DNA of 26,817 nucleotides from Octopus sinensis. Lineage: Eukaryota. The position numbers and the translations under genes are program-made. The notes beneath the pieces were generated by a model. It did no database searches. It was not told the origin of the DNA and worked only from the letters and a program-made list of their open reading frames with translations. Of this stretch, positions 10,775-20,894 are shown one piece after another. The stretch's first letter is position 1; each line of letters begins with the position of its first letter. The stretch covers positions 1 to 26,817 of the forward strand of contig NW_021836348.1 in the NCBI RefSeq assembly GCF_006345805.1, given 5' to 3'.

Positions 10775-10856
10775 TATAAGTCCGGCGTCTTTCATAAGGA
10801 GATTGTCGGCTTTTGCAAAAATCAACCGCTTCCTGATGAAGGGAGCCGGACTTATA
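10775..10856. repeat. 82-bp ungapped imperfect palindrome
   Basis: TATAAGTCCGGC...GCCGGACTTATA centred exactly on TTTTG|CAAAA. 30 of 41 positions are Watson-Crick and 5 more are G-T. Confidence 0.8.
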
Positions 10857-10897
10857 ACAATATATTTCTATGGCTATTTACTGGCTCCATACTTAGG

Positions 10898-10940
<43 letters not shown>

Positions 10941-11031
10941 TTATATATAAATATATAGGTATGTGTATATTTAAGTATATATAATTAGTATGCATACATA
11001 TATGTATGCATACATCTAGTATGTATATAAC

Positions 11032-11069
<38 letters not shown>

Positions 11070-11156
11070 ATATATATATATATATATATATACGACGGCA
11101 TTCTTTCAACTTCCCTCTACCAATTGCACTGTGTGAGTGTGCGTGTATGGATTGGT

Positions 11157-11182
11157 TGATGATGATGATGATGATGATGATA

Positions 11183-11223
<41 letters not shown>

Positions 11224-11824
11224 ATATTTGAGAAGAAGGATAGGAAAAGAGAGCAAGACGAATTACTGACGTACAAGAAGAAATTACAGAAATAATGAAC
11301 TCTGACAATCTTTCACATAATAATAAGAAAATGATAACAATAACAGCAACAGCAACAACAACAACAACCAACAATAATGATAATAATGATGATGATGATA
11401 ATAATAATAATGATAATACGATCATTATACACTCCTGCATACACCTACGGAATAATAACAAAGAGCTAAGACACATCTCGTTGTTGATCTGTTTTGTTAT
11501 TTCTATCGTTTTACCATTTCCTTCAGTTAGAATAACGGTAGAGGAATTGTTTTTCTTTTTTCCCTTCTCTCAACTCATTCTCCTCCAAGAAGTTAATTTT
11601 TTTCTTTTTCCCTTTCTTTTTCATTGTGTTTTTTTTTTTTTTTTGGTTCTGAGATTGCTAAAACTAATAAGAATGTTTTCATTTAGAAAATTTCTTGTCA
11701 TTTACTTTTGCTTGTAAAACAACAATGGCGACAATCGGAAGAGCAAACAGCTAGAACGAGGCTTATAACAACAACAACAATAATAATAATAGTATCATTA
11801 ATAATGATAATAATAATAATAATA

Positions 11825-11869
<45 letters not shown>

Positions 11870-11935
11870 TAATAATAATAAGAGCAACAAGGACAATAAG
11901 AAAAAAGGAAAGGAATACTACTACTACTACTACTG

Positions 11936-12006
<71 letters not shown>
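11157..12006. repeat. Cluster of trinucleotide microsatellites: (GAT)n, (ACA/ATA/GAT)n, (TAA)n, (TAC)n
   Basis: Directly visible. It is the source of the poly-M, poly-I, poly-H and poly-S ORFs. Confidence 0.95.
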
Positions 12007-12007
<1 letters not shown>

Positions 12008-12667
12008 GGAAAGGCGGGAGTAATCAAGGGACCAAAAGTATGAGGTGAGGGAGGGAAGCGAAAGGAAGGGACGAGAAATTCAGAGCGGGAGAGAGAGAGA
12101 AAGAGAGAGAGAGACAGAGACGGAGAGGGTGGGAGAGAAAGGGAGAGAGAGGGGAGAGAGTGAGAGAAGTGACTTAAAGTAATGTTTACGAGAGACAGAA
12201 TGAAATAAGAGACATAATGAAGTATGGATGAGGAAAAGGAAAAAAAAAATATGTGTAAATAATAAATAAATAAATAGATATAAATAAAACAAGAAATAAT
12301 GTATAAAAGGCATATAATAGATGTTGTAGCCAGTTGTTGTAATTTAATGAATAATGACAGGTCTATGATAATCCCTCCATCAACTTACACCACTGATTGA
12401 TAGTTTCTCGTTTGTTATCGATCTACACAAATAATTCGCGTTAGTTTTTCGATATTTCCCTTAGGGTTTCTCATACATTTAGACATGTCTATGCGTTATG
12501 TACGTATTTATATATTACGCATCTTTATGTGTATTTATATGTAGATGTTTTTGTTAGTGTTCATGTTCATATGTATATATATATATATATGTATGTATGT
12601 ATAAATGTATTTATCTCTATCTCTCTCTCTCTATTTATCTATCATTCTTTCTTCCTTTTCTCTCTCA

Positions 12668-12726
<59 letters not shown>

Positions 12727-13667
12727 CATATATTTTATAAATATATATATATCTACATATATATATATGTACATATGCTTGTTGTCTCTATGTACAAATG
12801 TATGCACGTATGTATGAAAACATGCATTTATGTATAGATTTATAAATATACAACGCATGTACTCACTTAATTATATATACGTGTTTATACACACACACAC
12901 ACACACAAGCACATATTTATATATATGTATCTACAAATATATACACGTATATATATATATACACGTATCTATACATATATATAATATATATATATATATA
13001 TATAGATATATATATACGCTATATATATATTATATTCTATACACACATATACATATCCACACTATATCTACACATATGTGTATATATATTAGATATATTT
13101 AACATATTTCTATATGTGTGTGAGTGTATCTTAGTCATAATCACACATCTCTGTCATTTTCTCTCCTCTGCTAGCTGAACCAACGCCACCAACTTCGATC
13201 GACTGTGCCTTTTGCTGTTTGCGAGTAGGAAATCCCTTGACTGTATAGATCTGAAAGGTTTACGTCTCAGGCGGTGAACCACGTGGTCCGGGGTGTGTGG
13301 ACAGTGTTGGCTGAACGCCAGCGCTACGTGGTTATTGTATGACCTTCCCATTACATACATGGCCGAACAATTTCACTTTCATCCCCCTTATTAACTCGCT
13401 AATGGTGTATATAATACATGTAATTTCTCTTACTCACTTTCTGACACTTTGTTTCCCTTTCTCTCCATATGTAGATCTATCTACGAATACATGCATATAT
13501 AAACACATATAATACATATAAATGTGTGGTTGTGTGTTGTGTATATATATATATATGTATGTGTATATATCTATGTATATATCTATTGTATATATGTATG
13601 TATATATCTATATATATATATATATAATATATATATATCTATATATATATATATATAATATATAGAA

Positions 13668-13705
<38 letters not shown>

Positions 13706-14084
13706 GTATGTATGTATGTTATATCCAATACAAATATTTACACTCCCGCATCAAACACAACACACTATATCTCTCTCATGACATAGTGTTTATCCACAGA
13801 AATATGTTTTACATAGTGCAAGCATTATATGATTCAGAACTTAATAAAGGGCATTTCTGATGTGATCTTGTAATAATTGCAAATAAATCCGTAGACATTA
13901 CAATATGAATATAATTAAGAGTGTCCCTACCGTTCCATACTTAAATGAACCTTAACCGTACAATTCTAATACAATCCCTACCTCATTATATTAGCTTTCA
14001 ATGACATTTATCGCCCAACCCATATATAACTGTTCGAAGTTAGCCCACCCATACATGAACAGCAACAATTTAAATTACCCTACA

Positions 14085-14130
14085 CTGGGGACGAGCCCAG
14101 ACCTGGGCGAAACTCCGAGTAAATTGTCAT
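14085..14130 (+). ncRNA. Degenerate minimal (Penelope-type) hammerhead ribozyme motif
   Basis: ..ACGA-GCCCA-gacc-TGGGC-GAAA-CTC-C-GAG-T-A-AATTGTCATC gives helix II, GAAA, a 4-bp helix III with a 1-nt loop and a GUA cleavage triplet. The CUGANGA core is broken (CTGGGGACGA). Confidence 0.55.
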
Positions 14131-14154
14131 CATTTTTTCATTAAAAAATTATAT

Positions 14155-14358
14155 ATGTATGCATATATGTGTGTATGTATGTATGTATGTATGTATGTAT
14201 GTTTGTATGTATGTATGTATGAATGCATGTATGTATGTATGTATGTATGTATGCTTGTATGTATGTATGTCTGAATGTATGTATATATGTTTGTATGTAT
14301 GCATGTATGTATGTATGTATGTATGCATGTGTGTGTGTATGTATGTATGTATGTATGC

Positions 14359-14391
<33 letters not shown>

Positions 14392-14405
14392 TGTATGTAT
14401 GCATG
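14155..14405. repeat. (ATGT)n tetranucleotide microsatellite
   Basis: Directly visible. Confidence 0.97.
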
Positions 14406-14630
14406 CAGGCAGTCTGGAATATTATGTATTTTTTTTATCTTAAGATTTCTTGGCAATAGCGAAATAGCCAGTTTCTGACCTAGATCCAAGTCTCCTTCAT
14501 TGAAATTCCAACAACAACTGCTTGTTTTTGCATAAATGTATGTATATGTGCAGTATTTGGAGTCAGCGCTTGTGAAGGTTTGTATGCTTTGTTTTATTCA
14601 TGTATTCTCATGCTTTTGGTTGCATATGTG

Positions 14631-15383
14631 TCTGAACGTGTCAAAGTGCTGTGATCTGCCTGTTGGCTCTCCTCCTGCAACTCAACTTGATTTCGAGCCG
14701 GGTCGTCTGCTGCTGGAGAGGACCGATCAGGTAAAGGACCTGGGTATCTTGGTGTGGATTCCTCCTTTTCGCCTTCGGCCCAGTGCGTCCATGTGCCAAC
14801 AAGCACGCGGAATTCTGTTCTTGATTCGACGGTCATTCGGAATGCTCACAGCTGCCATATTCCTACACTCTCTGTCACGCTGGTGAGACCCATATTGGAG
14901 TACGGATTCAAGCCTCTTCTCCTTATCTCCTCAAAGACATACAGCATCTCGAAAGAGTCCAGAAGCTGGCTACCCGCATGGTTCATGGTCTCAAAAATTT
15001 GTCCTACGAAGAAAGGCTGAGGACGCTCGACCTTTATCTCTTGAAAAACGCCACCGCCGTGGTGATCTCATTCTCGCCCACAACATCATAAGCGGAAGTG
15101 TAACCTCTCGAAAGAGCCGTTCTTCACTCCTGCTCCAGAGCGTCGGCTGCGGGGTCATTCCGAAAAGCTCTACTGCGACGATTTCATCTCAATCGAAGGA
15201 GAGGAGCTTCTCAGCCCGGGTTGCGGATCCGTGGAACAAGCTGCCAGACGAGATGTAAAGATGCCGACGACCGCTTTTCAAGCCTCCCTTGACCTCAAGT
15301 GGCCTGAAATCTTTACATGAACACCACCTGTACTTAACTCCATGTCCCCCTACATGGCCTTGCTATTTGCTTTTGAGCCAAAT

Positions 15384-15445
<62 letters not shown>

Positions 15446-15460
15446 GCTAACTAACTAACA
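14631..15460 (+). mobile_element. CR1-clade LINE 3' fragment (post-RT C-terminal domain, 3' UTR, (TAAC)n tail)
   Basis: Across frames: NVSKC..VKDLGILV..ARGILFLIRRSF..TLVRPILEYG..LERVQKLATRMVHGLKNLSYEERLRTLDL..RRGDLILAHNI..RLRGHSEKL..PWNKLPDE..KWPEIFT* (TGA 15318-15320). 3' UTR hairpin CCATGT-ccccct-ACATGG (15340-15357). (TAAC)n tail at about 15384-15460. Confidence 0.92.
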
Positions 15461-15639
15461 TATCTAGACCTGAATATTTACTTGAATGATAAACTGCTGG
15501 AAAGTTTTACAAATTTTTACAGTTCTCGCGATTGTTTGGATGTTTAGTCTTCGAGTCAGTTTCCTCCTTTCTGCTTTAGAAAAGCCTAACTTCTCAAGAT
15601 TGGTAATTAGACAATATATTACATATCCCAGTACTCTAA

Positions 15640-15645
15640 TGTATG

Positions 15646-15679
<34 letters not shown>

Positions 15680-15980
15680 TGTATGTATGTATGTATGTAT
15701 GCGTATGTATGTATATATGTATGTATTTATATATGTATGTATGTATTTATATATGTATGTATTTATATATGTATGTATGTATGTATGTATTTATATATGT
15801 ATGTCTGTATGTATGTATGTATTTATATATGTACGTATGTATTTATATATGTATGTATATATGTATTTATGTATGTTTGTGTATGTATGCATACATGTAT
15901 ACATGTATGTATCTATGTTTGTACGTACGTATTTATGCATGTATGTGCGTATATTTGTATGTATTTATGTATGTATCTAT
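15640..15980. repeat. Degenerate (ATGT)n array
   Basis: Directly visible. Confidence 0.93.
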
Positions 15981-16971
15981 GTAAAGGTTTCAATGTTTTA
16001 TTAATCGTTTCCTTTTCTCACCTATTACACCCACGCCATGTAATGGCCGTTTCGTTGCGGATACGAAAATACAAAGCTGGAGTGAGAGAGCACCATCATT
16101 GGGTGCTGACTTCTCTGATCCACGATCTGTGAAATCACAGAACATCAATACCCTGATTGCTCTCCACTACAACTTGACTACAAGCTGATACAACCATTCA
16201 ACACCTCTTAAATTTGCGTTGACGCCCTTACGGAGACTATTCTACCTCCCCACAACTATAACAATATTTCAGCAGCAGAGACCTTCATCAGCAGAAAGTC
16301 ATCATAACTGCTGTTAAAATGACACACTTGTAACCCAGAAATCCCAAGTCATGTACAAACACAGTTAAAACCTTTATGAATAGAATATATTCACTTCCCT
16401 GCTTTGTATTCTGATTTGATATTCTACTTTATAGAAATCAATACCTCTCTAGTCGCAGAGAGATTTGGCTGAATTGTATATCATATTATTCTCTACAGCA
16501 GAATACATCTATTAAGTCTGATCAACACTTTAAGTTATCTAAGTGTTATTATCCTGGACACAAGAAGAGGAATTAGCTAGATTTATTTAATCGTGTGCTG
16601 TAAATCTTCTTCAACTCGCCATGGAGACACTTATAAATCCAGCATTATTAAAGTTTCCAATAAACCGGATATACCGATTTGTATATATAACGCATTATTG
16701 ACAGCACATTTTGATTAACACTCCAGTAATTTATTGCGATATTGAATTAAGTTTTAACTGGGATTGAGTGTGCACTTCCTCATCTCTGGGTCGTTAAAGT
16801 GATTTTTAGTGACATAGTGGGTATCGCTACATTCGATTCGGACTGCCACCAAGAAAAAAAAAAAAGCATTGTATAAGTTTAGTGCAAAATAATATTACGG
16901 TTGATCCATGAACGAATAAAGTATTGATGGTCTTAACATTAACACACTTCATTTCCGTTTTGATTGAAAGA

Positions 16972-17029
<58 letters not shown>

Positions 17030-17120
17030 TGATAATAATAATAATAATATAATAATAATAATAAATAATAATATAATAATAATAATAATAATATAATAAT
17101 AATAATAATAATATAATATT

Positions 17121-18404
17121 AATACCCAGTTATAAGTTACAGCTGCAATACCCAGTTATACGTGGACACTAAGAACTGACCAAAATAGATAGGAAAACAA
17201 GAAAATAAGACGGATCTAGGATGCATCACCCAAAATCTGCATAGAAAGACTATACATACAACGTATAGAAGGTGGTAGAGCCTTATACAGCTGGAAAACT
17301 ACTATAAAATAACCACCATAGGACTGCAAAAAATCTACTTCAGAAGGAAGGAAAACTGATACAAATAGCGGCAAAACACCAGCAAAACAAAAAACTGTTC
17401 TCAGTATTTAAGGAAGCTGACAAATACAAACAGAAATCATACCCCTAACAAATATGAAGAAGAAGAAGAAGATGAAGAAACAACAAAAGCTATAAAACAA
17501 ATGAAATCAAACTAAAACTAGAACAGCAAGAACATGATAAAACGATGGCAAAAAAGCCCTTCATGGTAAATACTGGACTAAACAAATGCAAATAAATAGA
17601 CAAGAAAAATCTCAGCAATGGTTGAGAAGCTCAGGACTCAAAGCAGAGACAGAGGGATTTTTAATTAGAGCACAAGACCAAAGCCTCCCCACCAGAAATT
17701 ATCAAAAACATGTAATGAAAAGAAATATAACAAGCAACAGCAGAATATGTGGAGATGGACAAGAAGCAATAAAACATATTATCTCTGGCTGCCCAGTCCT
17801 GGCTAAGAAGGAATATATTCACAAACATGACAGAGTTGGAACCTACATACATGGAAACTATGCCAACATTATGGCATAACAACAGAAAAAAATGGTATAG
17901 GCACACACCAGAAAAGGTCACAGAAAACGAGAAGGCAACCATACTCTGGGATATGCCGATACACACAGATAGAGAAATTAAGGCCAACAGACCTGATATA
18001 GTTGTCAGAGATCATGAAGAAAAAAATGCTTTCTAATTGATGTATCAATACCGGTAGATGACAACGCGTCTCTAAAAGAAATGGAGAGAAACTTTCAAAT
18101 ACAAAGACCTGGAAATAGAGGTAACAGAATGTGGAATCTAAAAACAGAAAACAATTCCTATCATAGAAGGTGCATTAGGCACGATAAAAAAAATTCAGAC
18201 AAATACAGACAAAAAACACCAGGACTTACAAACCACATATAACATACAGAAAATTGCACTACTAGGCACTGCACACATCCTACGCAGAACATACTTCCAT
18301 ACATAACCATCAGAGCATCACAACAAATCACAGCACATACACAAGGCACACAGAGCTGCGCTCGGTAGTGAAGTGGAAAGCACTCTATAAAAATAAAACT
18401 ACGG

Positions 18405-18405
<1 letters not shown>
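17121..18405 (+). mobile_element. 5'-truncated R4/Dong-clade non-LTR retrotransposon (RT thumb, CCHC finger, restriction-like endonuclease) within a (TAA)n array
   Basis: Across frames: IDRKTRK..MHHPK..ERLYIQRIEGGR; LKAETEGFLIRAQDQSLPTRNY; SRICGDGQEAIKHIISGC; ILWDMPIHTDREIKANRPDIVV..IDVSIP..KYKDLEIE..GTAHILRR. (TAA)n lies on both sides (about 16972-17120 and 18405-18530). Confidence 0.9.
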
Positions 18406-18436
<31 letters not shown>

Positions 18437-18439
18437 TAA

Positions 18440-18506
<67 letters not shown>

Positions 18507-18530
18507 TATAATAATGATAATAATAATAAT

Positions 18531-18711
18531 GGTTTCAAATATTGGCACAGGACCAGCACTATCGGGGAAGGGGATAAGTTGATTATATCAAACCTAGTGC
18601 TTAACTGATGGGCCCTGAAATGATGAAAGGCAGAGTCTGTTCCGGTGGAATTTGAACTCAGAACATAAAGACGGACGAAATGTCACTGAGCTAACGTTTC
18701 TCCAACTTACC
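18531..18711 (-). mobile_element. tRNA-derived SINE, octopus OR-like, internally deleted
   Basis: The reverse complement has a B-box-like AGTTCAAATTCC, a central ctgcctttcatc motif, and a tail ..tgtgccaatatttgaaacc followed by (ATT)n. Confidence 0.75.
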
Positions 18712-18732
18712 ACCACCACAATAATAGTAATA

Positions 18733-18775
<43 letters not shown>

Positions 18776-18798
18776 CCTAATAATAATAAAAATAATAA

Positions 18799-19270
18799 GG
18801 TATAAAAGATGGGCTACAGCAAATATTCTGCTCAATACCACAGATTTGCTTATCAGTTGTTTGACCGTAACCAGTTGAGCATGTCCCTTAGTGGCTGACG
18901 ATATGTGCATCGCTGATCACGAGCAGAAGTGGTGGGGGAGCATCATAGCCATGTGTTGTGAGGGATTCTTTGGGGTTTCAATAATTCACCTCTGGAAACA
19001 TGGGTGGTTCTTTCAACATCCTTAAACAACCCTTATTCAGGGACCTTTTGAGCGGGATGGGCTACTCAACCTGAAGAAAACTCTAACTGGGCCCCACCAG
19101 CAAGGTCATGTGCTGTTTATCTTGATATGGGATCACCATGTCGCGCACATATGCTTGTGATGCATGTGCCCGGTGTACCCTTATCAGACGGGTAGTTATG
19201 ATGGGTATATTGGGCTTCGTATATTTTACCCCAGTGTCACTTTGATGGCATGAACTGCTCTCTCACTCAA
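18799..19270 (+). mobile_element. ~470-bp non-coding interspersed-repeat-like element flanked by (TAA)n (probable non-LTR 3' UTR or non-autonomous element)
   Basis: A complex, comparatively GC-rich block sharply bounded by (TAA)n on both sides. It carries 3' hairpins (19145-19169, 19170-19213) and no ORF. Confidence 0.5.
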
Positions 19271-19290
19271 TTATAATAATAATAACAACA

Positions 19291-19502
19291 ATCCTTTCTA
19301 ATATAGGTACAGGGCTTGAAATTTGGGAGAGAGGGATAGTCGATTACATTGACCCCAGTTCTCAAGTGGTACTTATTTTATCGACCCCGAAAGGATGAAA
19401 GACAAAGTCGATCCGGCGGAATTTGAACTTGGAATGTAAAGATAGATGAAATGCCGCTAAACTTTTTGTTGGTCGCGCAAACAATCTGTCACCTCAGCTC
19501 GC
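19291..19502 (-). mobile_element. OR-like SINE
   Basis: Sense strand: ttagcggcatttcatc..aagttcaaattccgccggatcgactttgtctttcatcctttcggggtcgataaaataagtacc..ctggggtcaatgtaatcgact. It is homologous to 18531-18711. Confidence 0.85.
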
Positions 19503-19507
19503 TGTCT

Positions 19508-19737
19508 TAGTAGTAGTAGTAGTAGTAGTGATAGTAGTAGTAGTAATAATAGTAGTAGTGATAGTAGTAGTAGTAGTAGTGGTGGTGGTGGTGGGGTGGT
19601 AATAGTAATAGCGATAGTAGCAGAAGTAGTATCAGCAGCAGTAGCAGAAGTAGTAGTATTGATAGTAGTAGTGGTAGTGATAGTAGTAGCAGTAGTAGTA
19701 GTGATAGTAGTAGTAGTAGTAGTTGTAGTGGTGGTGG

Positions 19738-19769
<32 letters not shown>

Positions 19770-19950
19770 CAGTAGTGGTGGGTAGTGGTGGTGGTGGTGG
19801 TGGTGAGGTGGTGGCTGTGCTGATTGTAGTGGTTGTGATGATTGTGATAATGGTTGCGTTGATTGTGGTGGTGGGTCTGATGGTAATGCTTGTTATGGCG
19901 GTTATGATTGTGATGCTTTTGGCTGTGACGGTGGTAGTGGTTGTGGTAGC
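19508..19950. repeat. Long compound (TAG)/(TGG)/(TGA) low-complexity array
   Basis: Directly visible. Confidence 0.93.
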
Positions 19951-20530
19951 AACATCAGTAATAAGTACGAGGGATGTCGTGTTACTTAAAATCCAGGTCA
20001 GAAGAAGGCCATTAACCAGCTCCGTGTCAAACTGAAAATAGGACTTGTTTATATGTCCGTCTTCACCATTGCTCTTGATAGAATGGAAGATAACAACCAA
20101 TACAGATTGCAAATGGCTTTACTTCAAAAGCACCACTATTTGAAGAACAGCTGCTAAACCAATACTATCTAGAGGAATTTTCAAGACAAAAAACACAAGC
20201 AAAATAAAATGTGAGGGAAAAGGTAAATAAGAAAAAAAAAAGTTGAACGATTCTCAATTCAAAACAGCATGTTCCTTCCGAAGAAGAGGAGATAAATGTC
20301 CTTTAGATCGATTCACGATAACATATGATGATGGAAGGAATTTAAAGTAGGGATCATGAAGAGATAAGTTTAGGTAGTAATTCCATGAGAGGATTACGAG
20401 ACCATTTTTACTGACTACTTTTGATTATCCTGTTTAATTAGAGAACATAGGTGGGTGGCGGAACGGAGTATCTTTCATGTGTATTTTTCAGTTGTATCAG
20501 CGACTGTCAATGCGTGGACAACGACCTGCC

Positions 20531-20609
<79 letters not shown>

Positions 20610-20894
20610 CTCTCTCCTCTCTCTCTCTCTCTATATATTATATATATATTATATATATATATATATACATAATATATATGTGTTGTATGTATACATGTAT
20701 ATATGTACACATGTGTGCGTGTATATGTTTGTAGATAGATATACGTGTATATATATATATGCTGTTTGTCGTGCTGCCGTCAATTTTTCCACATGTATTT
20801 TGTTGGTTTCCGTTTGTTGTGCTCTTTCTGTTCTACTTTTGATTTATCCATTATCCGTGCGTCGTTCCGTACAACCTGTTGTTTTCTTTATATA

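Noticed and set aside
16261-16291. Minus-strand CTGATGAAGG..GCTGAAATATTG resembling a CpG-decayed hammerhead
   Set aside because: It needs several assumed back-mutations, no helix I fits a valid cleavage triplet, and no clear PLE coding context was found.
19960-20160. Open frame GQKKAINQLRVKLK..HHYLKNSC* after a CAG
   Set aside because: There is no polypyrimidine tract and no recognisable family. The length is compatible with chance.
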